Shown: piece by piece, positions 14,201 to 27,127 of the stretch
Position numbering within the stretch: the stretch's first letter is position 1
How the letters are laid out: each line of letters opens with the position of its first letter
Origin: Camelus dromedarius
Lineage: Eukaryota
Direction of reading: 5' to 3'
Length of the DNA: 64,000 nucleotides
Assembly (NCBI RefSeq): GCF_036321535.1
Contig: NC_087436.1
Coordinates: forward strand, 12,090,001 to 12,154,000
The notes under the pieces: model-generated
The model's input: the letters and a program-made list of their open reading frames with translations, nothing else
What the model was told of the DNA's origin: nothing
The model's database searches: none
Program-made: the position numbers and the translations under genes

Positions 14201-14562
14201 CACTGGTCTTCAAAGCCAGATGTTCTGGGAACTTGTCTTCCTAGTGCAGGATCCCAGGCTGGGGAGCTCAATGTAGGGTTTGGATCCCTTACTTTGGGGG
14301 GAGAACTTCTGCAATTGTAATTATCCTCCCATTTGTGGGTCACATACCTGGGGGTGTGAATGGTGTGATTCTTGACTATACTGCATCTCCACTCCTCCTT
14401 TCTGTCTTGTTGTGATTTCTTCTTTATACCTTTAGTTGTAAAAACATCTTTTCTCCTAATCTTCAATTTGTTCTCATAGATAATTACTCTGTAAGTAGTT
14501 GCAATTTTGGCATACTGATGGGAAGGAGGTAAATTCCAGGTCTTCATACTTTGTCATCTTGG
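11275..14562 (-). mobile_element. L1 5' half: 5' UTR, decayed ORF1 and ORF2 endonuclease region
   Basis: 5' terminus tccaagatgacaaagtatgaagacctggaa at ~14562. ORF1-like ATG at 13489 (MRIQRSMFQMKE*). ORF 11783-11971 (WKKVFHANENEKKAGVAMLISYKMDFK) is the L1 APE endonuclease domain. Confidence 0.93.
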
Positions 14563-14574
14563 ATATTCTAATTT

Positions 14575-14665
14575 CATCTGATTTTTAATGTTATTTTAAA
14601 TTTTAATACTAGAAAAATTCAAATTACATTGCTTCTCACATTATATTTCTACTGGACAGTGCTTG
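14575..14665 (-). mobile_element. hAT-Charlie MITE end (MER33/MER3-like)
   Basis: aaaattcaaattacattgcttctcacattatatttctactggacagtgc is similar to the reverse complement of the start of the MER33-like copy at 26804. Confidence 0.7.
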
Positions 14666-16129
14666 TCTAAGCAATTTAATCGTCTAAGCAATTTCTCTAT
14701 GCCCAAGTGTGTGAGGGACACAAAAACAAGAAAGTTCTGATTCACTAGGAATACAGACACTTAATGATAGGTAAGCAGTTTTATCTAAATTCTTTTTTTC
14801 TGGGACTCTGTCATAGTAAGTTATGGGTAATTAAGAAGATAATATGCAAATCTTCATAAAATGGAAGATATTCAAAGCAAAACTGATATCAAATATATCA
14901 ATAACAAAATAAATCTCCTTCTCAGCCCTTAAAATGTTTGTTTTGAAGCTATTAGGATGATTTCATGGAAGGGAGGCCACAATGACTTCATTTTCTCAAA
15001 GTTCTCACTGAAATAAGTAGAATTTAACAAACATTTAATTGCTATAAAATTTTATAAACATTGGGTTAATTTAAATACTTGATTGAATAAATATGAAGTA
15101 CATTAGCTAATAAGTTTCTTGAATATTTTGTGTCACTGATATTTTGAAATTAATTTGATTTCATGGTACTTCAAGCATGAAAGGAATGCAATTTTCACTA
15201 AAAACTCCTTAATCTAGTTACTATCTGTATTTTCACTGGGTATTTGGTGAATGCTTGCTAAGGATATGGTTTCATCTCATGCCCAGTAATTGTATAATTA
15301 CTAAGGATGGAGGAACCCAGCTGTGTTTTGGCTTCACTGAACATCTTGAACTATTATTCAAATGTTTTAGATAAAATAAAGTCTAAAATGCATTTGCCAA
15401 GGACTTTTTCCATTTAATTTTAAACCCATGTACATTTCGAAAGAAATCTAATTCATATGTTTCTGATTCATTTACAATTAACTTATCAAAGTTTTTTCTA
15501 AGTAAGAATTGCATGATGTTCAAGAAGTTGAATAGGCCATTTCATGAGTTTATTGGTCCATTTTTTTTTTCATTCTCTAAAAGAATGTCACCTTTGTGAA
15601 ACAAATACCATTTTAAACTACTTGTCATAAAACTCAAAATCTATGGTATTTTAATTGTTTCTAATTGTGTTTAACATGAAGTGTTCCCTTACTATTGTAA
15701 AAACATTTGAGAAGGCTGATTATTAAGAGGCTTAGTAATAAAACTTCTGATTTTGTGTAATACTCCCCTTCACTGGCAACTTAAAACTGGTATTAAATAT
15801 GTGCTAAGTCACTATTTTGTATACTGCCTGTAATTTACCTAAAGTAGGGAGCAGCCAACACAAAGCCTGGCAAAGATCAGGCACTTAAAACATTTTAAAA
15901 TAAATGAATCAAAAAATGATGAATAGATAATTGACTATAATAAGCTCAACTGGACAATATCTGGAGCTTTGTTATTTGATTTTAGATTTCATTCAATAGG
16001 ACTGCTATGCAGACAAAACAATGTAATAATCCCATGTTGATCATTTCTTTTTTAAATTTGCTCAAGTACTAAAAAAAAATCAATGTAAAATGAAAAATAT
16101 GCACTCATTCAATCGTTAGCTTGAATGAG

Positions 16130-16350
16130 ATACACATATTATACACACATGATATACAAAGTTCATGATATATAAACACATTATATATGATATATCATAT
16201 GTTATATATATTACATAGATGCATATGTTCTACTATATATACAAAATATGTACATATACACACATAGTATATAATATATACATATTAGGATTATATATGC
16301 TATATATTATATATACTGTGTTATATGTTCTATAACTAAATATCCACATA
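16130..16350. repeat. Degenerate (TA)/(CATA) low-complexity tract
   Basis: Run of tatata/catata units seen directly. Confidence 0.8.
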
Positions 16351-18237
16351 TATTCTTACACCATCTTATTTGATATTCACGGTGATACCATGATTAATTA
16401 ACCTGATTTTCTAGAGAAAGGTACAGAAGAGTGCAACCCTGTGTTTGTAAATAATTGTAATATATCTGAAAAATCTGAAGTCCCTTTTAAGCATTTTTCA
16501 TATAAAATATGATTATTGCACTGATTTTTTTTGCTTTCTTTGGCTATAATAAAAAACACACATTCTCTTGACCTGTTCTAGTTTTTAGAACAGAATTATG
16601 CAATAGCAAGATGTACTCCAAACCAGGTACAGAATACTGGAAGTCATGTAAAATTCTTGAAATCCTGCCAGGCTAAATTGTTGAAACCACTAGTCTAGGG
16701 TAATTTTTCTAACACTGAGCTATCTTAGATTGTCCTCTTGCTTTCATTTCTTTCTCTAGTCTTTCTTGAATCACAAAAATTTATGGTTGTATAACTGTTG
16801 TAATAGGTTATTTGTTCTTCAGTTACTTTGCACTTAGAATGAATAATGTGATGGAAAGAGACTGTAAGGTTCTATGTAAGAAACAGAACGTGCATATCTC
16901 ATTTTGATTTGTCTGCATCCAGGAGCAGAAAATAAGCAATTTGGGGGGTGTTCTTTGTTCTATAGCTGTCTTAGTGCTTGTCAATGAACTCCTAGACTTG
17001 TGGCTGTTAGTAGAAATTTGTGCTGCCCCATCTGTTTTATAGGTTGGAGGACATGGAAGTTAGATATTTTTAGAAAAAGGTTTCCTTGTTTTCCTTTATA
17101 GTTTGTGAATTATGTACTTAGGGTACATCGAAAAATGCATTTATTTTAATCAAGCTTCCCCTTCAATTCATCAAAAGCTCAAATCTTTCCTAATTCATTA
17201 CAAAACATTATTTACTATTGAAAATGTGCCCAGAGAATATGCATTGTATACCTTTTCTTAAACTAAAAAATAAGCAAATAAACAGTGAATTCTATTAAGT
17301 GAGCAGATGTCATAATTCCATATTCTATATGTAACACTGGAGTGTGAAATCCTATCACCTTCTGAGAACTGTTAGAACTTTAGCTCTGGTTTCAAATGGC
17401 AGTTTTCTGGCAGGCTTGCACGTGCCATATAAATTTTATTTACACACATAAAGCATGGCCTGTGGTTCTGCTGTCAAAAATGAGCTGCTCAAGAACAGAT
17501 CAATTTCTGATGCTGTCAACATCCAGATTGGTTTTCTGTATACATAGCTGATCATGTAACGCTGTTTCATCTGACATCTCTCTTTAAGATTTTCCTTCTG
17601 GTTTACTCTAGACTATATGCTCAAGAGAAATAGACTGGCTATTCTCAGTCACTTCAATTGGATTCTAGTTTATACTAACTTCCATAGCAGGTGAAATGCC
17701 TCATGGTTTTCTATTGCAAACTGTTCATAGTTTCTTTGTCAAATTTGCTAGGGTGTAAGCAATGAATTCTTCCTTATTAAGGATCCCTCTATAGACTTAA
17801 GAGAGCCCATGTTTCTCCCAGCCACCTAAGCCTGTCCTTGTGAAGAACGCACTCATACAGGAGCTTAATCCAGCACACACTGGCCACACACACTACCTGT
17901 GCACTCTTTCTTTTTCAAATAAACATTTCATTCTGTTTTTTAGTTTTCATTTGAGAGCTGCCCAAGCACACACAGAGCTAAGTTGAAATTAACCTTTCCA
18001 CTCCACTCAACAAAAAGGGCAAATTTGCCTGGGCAGATGGTCATGTGCACTGCCATGTGCAATCCATTTCTATGTCAGTGGGCATTCTGGACTTTTCAGA
18101 AGCAGTTTCAAGTATATTTTAAAATAAAATGTGATGCAGTGATTTGTGCTCTCAGTGTTTGGATTAGGGGACAAACCCCATTTTCCTGCTTTAAGATAAG
18201 CTAGTTAATTTTACATAAAATCAAGTTATAAAGTAAT

Positions 18238-18322
18238 GAGGGTGTATGGCTCAGTGGTAGAGCACATGCTTGGCATGCACGAGGTCCTGGGTTCAATTTC
18301 CAGTGCCTCATCAAGGGAAGAA
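18238..18322 (+). mobile_element. tRNA-Ala-derived SINE head (vic-1-type, short) with 15-bp TSD
   Basis: A box tggctcagtgg (18247-18257), B box ggttcaatttcc (18290-18301). TSD aagttataaagtaat at 18223-18237 and 18323-18337. Confidence 0.92.
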
Positions 18323-18639
18323 AAGTTATAAAGTAATATTTTGCACTTAGTGTGTGTGTGGGGGGGGTCAGTGGAGGGGAGATTTTAGCCTAAATAGTAT
18401 TAGTTTTAATAAGCTTCCATCTATATCACCAATAATAACTTATGAGATAAGAAAATGTGGTAACAGAATTGTCTCATAAGAAAATATTAGTCTGATATCA
18501 GTTTTAAAAGAAGTAAAAGAAAAAAAATCACTGGATGAGATCAAGACCTGCAGTTTCTCGTGCAGTCTGCCATTCCCTAGCCACTTAATTACTCGGATTT
18601 TCGTCACATAAAAAGTTCAGTTTACATTTCTGGAAGTAA

Positions 18640-18890
18640 ACTTGGACCCTGGTGCTTCAAGATCCACAGTGAAAAGAATTTCATGATCACATAAGTTAAA
18701 GAAACATAAATATTGTAATTCCATCACATTTAGGAATTCATGAAGAAATCTTCATTGGAAAGACTTTTAGAAATCCAACAGGAAAGAAATCATGCAACTT
18801 TGTTTAACTCAGTGTTTCTGAATTTTATTTGACTGTGAAACATTTTGTCTAATAAAATGCTAGGAGACATACTGTGGGAATCATTGTTTT
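18640..18890 (+). mobile_element. hAT-Charlie remnant (MER103C-like)
   Basis: agaaatcc...aaagaaatc...aactttgtttaactcagtgtttc...ttatttgactgtgaaac...tgtgggaatcattg resembles the MER103C consensus as I recall it. Confidence 0.6.
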
Positions 18891-21299
18891 AAATAATTTC
18901 TAAAATTCTGTTATTCTGTTTTATGAATATTTACATCCCTGATGAGTTGATTAGTAACATTAAAAATTCAATATCTTAATTAACATAACACATTTGATAT
19001 TTTACCATTTTAATTTCCCTATTGTGTGTATTAAATATCTCATATCTCAGAAATGAATATAAAATGTACTGAGATGTTGAACAATTCCAGTATTCAGATT
19101 CCATAATCATGCTCTTTATCCTCATAAAATTTATGTTTTTAATGTCTTTGCTTGTTCATTTAATTGATCATTTTGAATTCACATATCTTACAACCGTTTT
19201 GTGTATTATTAATTTTATTATTGTATCCTTAAATGCCAGAAGGACTTGAAGTCCAGTAAATACTTGTGAAAGTTAGACATCAAAGTTCAGATGCTTTGCT
19301 ACGTGGCATAATTTACTGGGCTCTGTACCATTCAAATGTCTGGAATAAACCAACACTACAGAAGAAAGTACACATCACTTCCGTTTAGCACTCTAGACGA
19401 ATCACTGTGATGCTTGGTTCACGGGCAGTTTGCAGTGGAGATGAGAAAGTTTTGGGAGTAGGAGGAATTGATGAAATACTGTGGGATATAATTAGGTGCG
19501 GCTTAAGAGGAGTAACCTCTATAAGCTACATGATAGGAAAAAGAAAAACATTTGGGAACATCCAAATCACATCAGATCTCATGTAGCCTTGTCACTTTGA
19601 AATGATTCAGGCAATAATTCGACAGCTGTCACTCTGTGGGTGCCGTATGTCTGGTGATCTCGCAGAACTGATTTGCTGTCTTCTGAATCAGCTTCGTAGC
19701 TATGATTCATACTACGCTGGATAATCTCCCCAACATCCTTCACCTCTCGTGCTATTTCAGGCTCTTTATCCTGTTCTGCACCCTGTCTCCAGAACACCTA
19801 ATAATTCCAGAATGGATAATGAATGAACAGAGAATACGGACAGTACTCTTCCTACTTATTTCAGAAAATTGTTTATTTTGGAAAGGCAAGATTTGACTAA
19901 AGGTAATACTAACTCTAAACTGCCCCCACATCCCAATTATACAAAGGTGCTAACTTTTGTTGACTACTTACTATGGTCTGATAAAATGCTAATCACTTCT
20001 GATGGATTTTCTCCTGCCATTGTCAAGACAATGCTAGGAGTGTTCTGCAAATCAGGAAAATAAAGTTTAAGTAAAGCAGCTAGTATCAAAGCAGGAAATC
20101 TGCCCTCTCTATCCCCAAACTCTACTATCTCCTAACTGCCTTTTTCCTAGTGTCTGATCTTCAGAAAAGGAAGTTTTATAGATTAATTTGTGTTTTTCTC
20201 CACATTGAAGATTCAGCTTAGGAAGTAATAACATCTGTATCAACAGCAAAATTACCTGGTATTTAAATAATTATTTAAGAATAAGAGGATGTTTATTAGA
20301 TTAAAAGTTCACTATTAATTTAAATGTACACTGAAAGGTATACATAATGAAGATGTTGAAATAAGCCCATGGATTCTTCTTTTCAACATTACACGTGGAA
20401 TTTGGTCATGCCTGCTTACATGAGACTATGTAGAAACGTACACAGGTGGTTTATTTCTCCTCTGAATAGTTTCCAATATTCTCATGGTACAAATTGACAT
20501 GAATTGCCACTGGTGCCAAGTAGGAATTTTCTTATATATGTTGGCTAAAGTCAACTGTTTGCAATAGAATACTATTAAACCTCTCATGGCATATCATCTG
20601 ATTTTCACACCAGTTACTGGGAAAAGAAGTCATAACTTGGCTATAGTTTTGGACAGTTTTAGGTGGAAAAAGTAAACATTATTTTACACACCTTTCCACA
20701 AAAAGGATAATTTTACTTTAATTTATATCAAGCTGGAACTACCTGTACCATAAATGCCAAGCAAAGCACAGGAAGAAAACAAAGAATTTAGGACAACATT
20801 CAAAACTAGATTGATAATCTAATACAGTAAGTAGAACTGAATTGAGAAAATATTTCTGCTATGACCTCACAGATCATCTAGATTTCAATTCATGAAAGAA
20901 AGACTGCCTTAAAATGTGTGAAAATATCACACAGCTCCCATCACAAAATAATGTGTCTGTTTCACTACTGTGTAATAGCTAAATTCTGAGACAGCCAGCA
21001 AGTTGTACCAAAATCCACCGCCTCTATTCGCACCCCACTGCCACAGATTTGCGCAACGTCAACAACATCAACAAAGCTTCTGAACAGACAGAGGGGTCCA
21101 CCCAGGGCACCTTGCTTCTGGAGAAGTCAAGTGTTACTAGGAACATATTTTGGGTGGGGCAGGAGACAGGAAGAACCTGGGAATGAATGTGGGGGAGGTC
21201 CCAGTTGGTTTGCATTAAACTGTGTTTGAGCTGTCAGAGAAATACACTGCGGATGATAAGATCCCAGCAAAACATAACCGATTTCTAAATGATGAATGT

Positions 21300-23680
21300 C
21301 TGCACTGACAACTATACACATAGGTCTTTTCACCAGTTAAAGATTTGAAAAGAGGATTTGTCTATCATATAACCTAATCACAATTCACACTCTCTGACTG
21401 CTGACAAAAAATTGGCCTGAATATAATTAACCTTGGAAAACAGGGGGAAAAAATTCCTTAGAACCTGTGAAAAGAAGCTGGCAGAAACGAAGGAGAAGGT
21501 ATAACATTATAAAGCTCAAACACAGAACATGTTTATGAAAATAATTTTTATGTGTCAACTGTTAGGCATCCTCAGAAAATGTAAAAAGTAGTCTTAAAGA
21601 AAGAGAAGGATGTCAAAAGATGAGAAAACGCTGAGATGAGAAAGAAGAGGAAAAGATTGTAGGATGAAAAGAAAATGGAAAATGGATAGATGACAAACAG
21701 TTGTCAGAAAAATAGACTGCAAAAGCAAATTAAAACCTACAAGATAGGCAGTAAAAAAGAGGAACTGGTATTTCAGGAAACTATTCTTTTAATGGGAATA
21801 AACGTGAAATGATCTACAAAATATGATATGTGAAACTGTTAAGCTAAAAGGATAACCATGTGGGAAAATGACAAAATTCCTGAAAGCATACACCAGGATA
21901 AATTTCAAATCAGAGAGGTAAATGAGAAAAAAAAAAATGACACAAATACTAGAAGGCGTGGCTGTGCTCCTCTATAATGTCAGAGTGGGTCAGGCTTTCC
22001 TAACTATGACTCAAAATCTAGAACAAAAGAAAAGTATGTAATTTGATTACATAAAAAGTTTTTCTTTAATCTGTGTGTGGCAAAATATAAGTAAAATAAA
22101 ATGGCAAAAAAATGAGTAAAATAAAAAGAAAAATAAAAATAAGTAAAATAAATAGAAATAATGTTTGCAAATTATAATGGAGGCATAAGGGTAATATCTT
22201 TATGATATAATTAGCTTCTAAAGAATTAGAGGGAGAAAGAAAGGCCAAAATTCCTATAAGGGGGAGTGAGGATGGTCAGCTTGAGATATTAAGTTGATAG
22301 ATTACAGAGAAAAAACAGCAAATGGCTTTTAAGCATATAAATATATACTCAAACTTACCCATAAGAGAAATGCCTATATAAGCTACATTCAGAGATCACC
22401 TAACAGATTGGGAAAAATTCACAATTTTAACCAGTCATTCTACTAGTGAGGGTGTGGAGAAAATGGATTCCTTCATATAAACTGGTAAGTATGCAGAACA
22501 GTACAAACCCCATGGGAGGGAATTTTGCCATATCTAACAAATTACTTATCCTTGCAAGTTTTGATGAAGGAATTTCATTTCTAGGTCTTGATCCCAAAGA
22601 TCTATTGGAAAAAAAATGAAATAGTAAATTGAAATTTGTAGAAACAAAAGGCTGGAAATAAGCCCAAATATCCATCATTTGGAGGCTGATTGAGTAAACT
22701 ATATAAATCCACACTCTGTACTGTCAACACGAGTGAAGAATATCTCTGTACATTGCTATGGGAGAATCTCCAGCATATGCGGTTGTGTAAAAGATGCGGA
22801 GAGTTAAAGCAAGATGGCAAAAGGACATGCAAAGTGCAATCATTTATCTAAGTAAAAATACATACCTGCTTTTAATAAATACACACATATATATTTGTTT
22901 TTCATAAAAGAAAAGCGGTGGGAAGAGAAATTATTAAAACTTTGTGAATTTTTTCTTTTTGAGGAGGGAGAGAAGGAATAGGATGGGGGGAAAGGGCAAA
23001 CTTTAGACTTCTTTGAATGTAGCTTGTTTTGTAGAGGTGACCTCAGAACCAAACATTTTTCATAAGTATACAATAAAACATTTTCAAACTTTGAAAGTTA
23101 AAAGTAAAATGAAACAAATGGCTCAAAATTTGTACCCATTCGGTAGCATTTTCACACAGAGAGATCATTCCAAGGGACCTGAAAGCTCAGTAATTTGATT
23201 CTCTCTCTAGTAGGATATACACAGAGAACAAAGGAACAGCACAAAAATTTTTAGACCATTTAGTAACTAAATTGGTGGTGGTATTATGGATACTGGTGTT
23301 CTAATAGTGTCCTATTTGTATTGTAAAATAAATCAAATGAACAATTATGTTAGCGTTTCTGAAAAATCAAGATTTGGGGGCAGAGTTAAAATGAATCACA
23401 CATCACATCAATGAGATTATGTTGTGCTCAGTTTAGTCTGCGTTTGAATTGGAAGTTGAGTACACACTCACAGTTTTGTTACACACACACAAAACCTTTT
23501 AGTACAAGATCCTAGAAACAATGATTAAATAGCAAGCTATGAGCACAACTAACAGCCATATTTTGGTTTGCAAATATTATTTTTCTTGAAAAAAAAAGCT
23601 AAGCCACTTAAAGAAATGACTTTTTCCAGGTCTAGGGCAAAAATATATCAATGTTTAACAATAAGAACTTGTAGCAGCTG
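21300..23680 (+). mobile_element. Old L1M (L1MC/ME-like) remnant, ORF2 3' part and 3' UTR
   Basis: A-rich strand bias; motifs ggctttcctaactatgactcaaaatctaga, gagggtgtggagaaatgg, ggaatttcatttctagg, aaatatccatcatttgg and gatcctagaaacaatga. The 5' part (21300-21850) is less certain. Confidence 0.65.
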
Positions 23681-26228
23681 TTTATACTAATTTAACTTAT
23701 TTTCTTAGAAATCAGTTTTTGAGGCTATGTTGGAATATGTAGAGTCTGAGAAAACATATTCCTTGAAAAGCCTTTGGAGAAAGTTTATTGTCAAAAAAAA
23801 GAAAAGAATGGGTGCTTGTAAATTATTAAAACATGATTTTTTAATTTCCAAGAATACAATTCTGTGTAGTCATTAAAAAATGGCGTCCAAGAAAAATAGT
23901 TTCTCAGGAGTGGTTCATGGAGCCTTAGTGATTCCATGGGGACACATGGATGTTACCTGGGAGGGCTCTCGACCTTTCTCTTAACTCCCTATTTCAAGGG
24001 TTCATTCTGATTTAGTTTTCTACGACTTTTCTGATTAACGTTTATTTCTGACATAGGTTTAGATGGCTAAAATAACACTGGAAATGCTCATAAAATGTCA
24101 GGAAAATATTTGAAAGACTTTTGAAATGGGGAAAAAAAAACACTGAGTGTCCTGTCTAGCCAATCCTTCTGGATTCTATCTTGCTTTTCTTGTCTTTGAG
24201 CTATTTTTACAACTCTCTAAGTTGTAGAAAGCTGACGATAATATAAATGAGTCTCATCCATAGAAATACAAATTAATCAAGCTTTCACAGATGCAATGAA
24301 TTATTGCCTATTGAGTAGGACATTTAGCATCTATTTGACAATTTATTTCAGTATTCTTTATTTGCCTATATATGTGTGGTTTTTTAAATTTTCCTTTGAA
24401 CTTGTTCTTCTAAATTTCCTTTGAACACCTTACTGGATCCTTAATTAATTACTGAGTAAAATAAAATCATATGTTCATTTCACATACATATGAGTCACAA
24501 TTTCATTTTATTTACAAAGATGTTAATTATTCTTTAACATAAGTTTCTACGATTTTTTTCAGTTAACTTTTTTTGGATATAGGTTTACTTGGCTAAGATA
24601 ACTTTTTCTAAGCAATGGAAAACATTTATGACACAAGCTCTTTACAAAATAAATTAAGTGAAAAAGTAGGTTATAAAAGGGAAAGTATAATACTAACTTG
24701 TTTTTTGCTTGCATGTTCCACAAATTTAGTAGGGTTCTCTCTTATGATTTCTCCCTCCTGGCCTCTTACCTTGGGCTTCTCTGCTAGTTCACATCTACAT
24801 TTTTTTTTTCTTTGTGTGTGTATCTCCTTGATTGACTTCATCCCAAGTGTACACAGGTGCTCTGTCTGTAAATTTTCCGAAACCTACCTAACAACAGGCT
24901 TAGAGTTTAATACAATGTTATGGAAGGCTTGGAGAAAAACAAACAGGAAATTAAAATGCAAAAAAAGAGGACAAGTCTTAACGCTAAATATTCTATATTA
25001 TTGTATATGGAGTCGACCAAGAACAACACTCAAAAGACCATTCACCATTGACTATTTTTTTTCTCAGCTCTCCTGCTGTAGTGTTTCAAAAACATCCCTG
25101 CTTCCCATGATGTAGGATAAGAAAGTGTTGCCTTCATAATAATCTCTACCAAAATCCAATCGTGTCTCTAAAGAATAGGTTACTTAATATTTCAATAAAA
25201 ATCATCTATATGTCGATTTCTTATTGCTGAGGTATTGGGAAGTGGCCAACCTTACATCTTCACGTCTAATCTCTTCTGGTAGCAGGGAGATACTGTCCCA
25301 AATACTGTCCCATGTCCATCTTGCACCCTAAGAAACAATTTATGGCTCCCCAAAGGCTATTTTCTGCCCTCCATGGCATTTAATCTTCACATTCCACATT
25401 CAGCAATAGAAGGAAATTTTTGACAGCATAAAAAACAACAACTTTTCAATATTACATAAATGTTCCATTATTTTCTTCAATTCCCTAATAATCAGAATAA
25501 TAACAAGAAAATAATAATAATAACAAGAATAAAAACTACAACCATGATAATAATTACAATGGAAACAAAGAAAAAGTGAAAATATAAGTGAAAAAATTTA
25601 ATTAAAGTGTTTGAGTGACACTGCCAAGATATTAGTTATAACAAAATGTAATATTTAGTGAAAATTGCTTAGTTTTCATTAGTTATTATTTTTATAATAG
25701 CAATATATTCTGCAGAAAAGTATAAGGTATAGACAAATACACCATGCGATGGTAACCTCAACTGAATAAATATACAATTTATTTGCAAATAAAATAAAAA
25801 CCAAATTTACTTGTTAATATTTGATTTTGCAGTCAATATTTTTCCTGGACAATTTTTGTCTAAGCTCTGGAAAGAGAGTGTTGTGAGACTGCTAACGTGT
25901 TTTTTTTTCGTCAGCACATTAGGTTAGCTAAGGAGTAGAGGATCTAACATTATTTCCAGCTAATTTTTAGCCAGCATATTTGAGGTTTCATTAAAATGCT
26001 TTGATGTTTTTGGATCTTAGCATGTTTTGAGGCTACAAACTCACACACACACACAACTTTTGAATATTTTCCAATTTCTGTCTAGTTTTTTTTTGTTTGT
26101 TTGTTAGTTTTTTTAGTCCAACAAAGTGATCTTACAGCTGTTAATCTTACTCAGATTCTCTGCCTGGCAATAGATTGTCTTCCATTTTCTTGGTCACTAT
26201 CCATATCTCAATTTTCTTAACCCAAATA

Positions 26229-26238
26229 TTTTTTCTTT

Positions 26239-26322
<84 letters not shown>

Positions 26323-26373
26323 TTCTTTTCTTCCTTCCTTCCTTCCTTCCTTCCTTCCTTCCTTCCTTCCTTC

Positions 26374-26452
<79 letters not shown>

Positions 26453-26533
26453 TTTCTTTCTCTTTCTTTCTTTCTTTCTTCTTTCTCCCTCTCTCTGCGT
26501 CTCTCTCTGTCTCTCTCTTTCTTTCTTTTCCTT
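26229..26533 (+). repeat. Compound (TTTC)n/(TTCC)n/(TC)n microsatellite
   Basis: Uninterrupted pyrimidines 26229-26496. Confidence 0.99.
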
Positions 26534-26803
26534 ATTGTGTTAGTGTTCTTTGTGAATTGTATTGTAAAGGGATTGAAAACATCTAGCATATCCTACTGAG
26601 AAGGTATATCCTTTGGAAAGCTTGTCAGAAATTCCTTTTTGTATTTGTTACTTAGAATAACTGTCCCCCGAACAACTGAGTGGTCTACAGCAACCCTGGG
26701 GAAAAGTCCCCTTAGTTCCAACTATCATTTTAAAGTAACAGAAAGTTATCAAAATTGATTAAGTAGGTTTATAAGGTAAAGAATTTATCCAGAGTTTCTT
26801 CTT

Positions 26804-27127
26804 CACCACTGCCTAATACAAATATAATGGGAGCCATGAGTGCTCATATGTAATTTAAAATTTCTACTAGCCATATTAAAGAGGTAAAAATGAAATAAGT
26901 GAAATTAATTTAAATAATATCTAAGTTAATCCAATATAACTAAAGTATTGTCGCTTCAAATCATAATCAAAATGAAATTGGCTAACATGGTAGTTTACAT
27001 TTTTTTTTACCAAGTCTTTAATACCCAGTGTGCATTTTACTCTTACAGTGCACTCAATTCAGGCAAGCTGTGTTCCAGGTACTAAACAGTCATCTGTGGC
27101 TGGCAGCTACCACGCCAAACACTACAG
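26804..27127 (+). mobile_element. MER33-like hAT-Charlie MITE, near full length
   Basis: caccactgcctaatacaaatataatg...atgtaatttaaaatttctactagccatattaaa...tgtggctggcagctaccac...actacag; about 325 bp. Confidence 0.85.

Noticed and set aside
24615..25115. Longest ORF in the track (166 aa)
   Set aside because: AT-rich, F/L/S/C-biased composition typical of chance ORFs; no domain or splice context recognised.
26175..26589. Long ORFs rich in FLSF / RKKE
   Set aside because: Translations of the (TTTC)n microsatellite.
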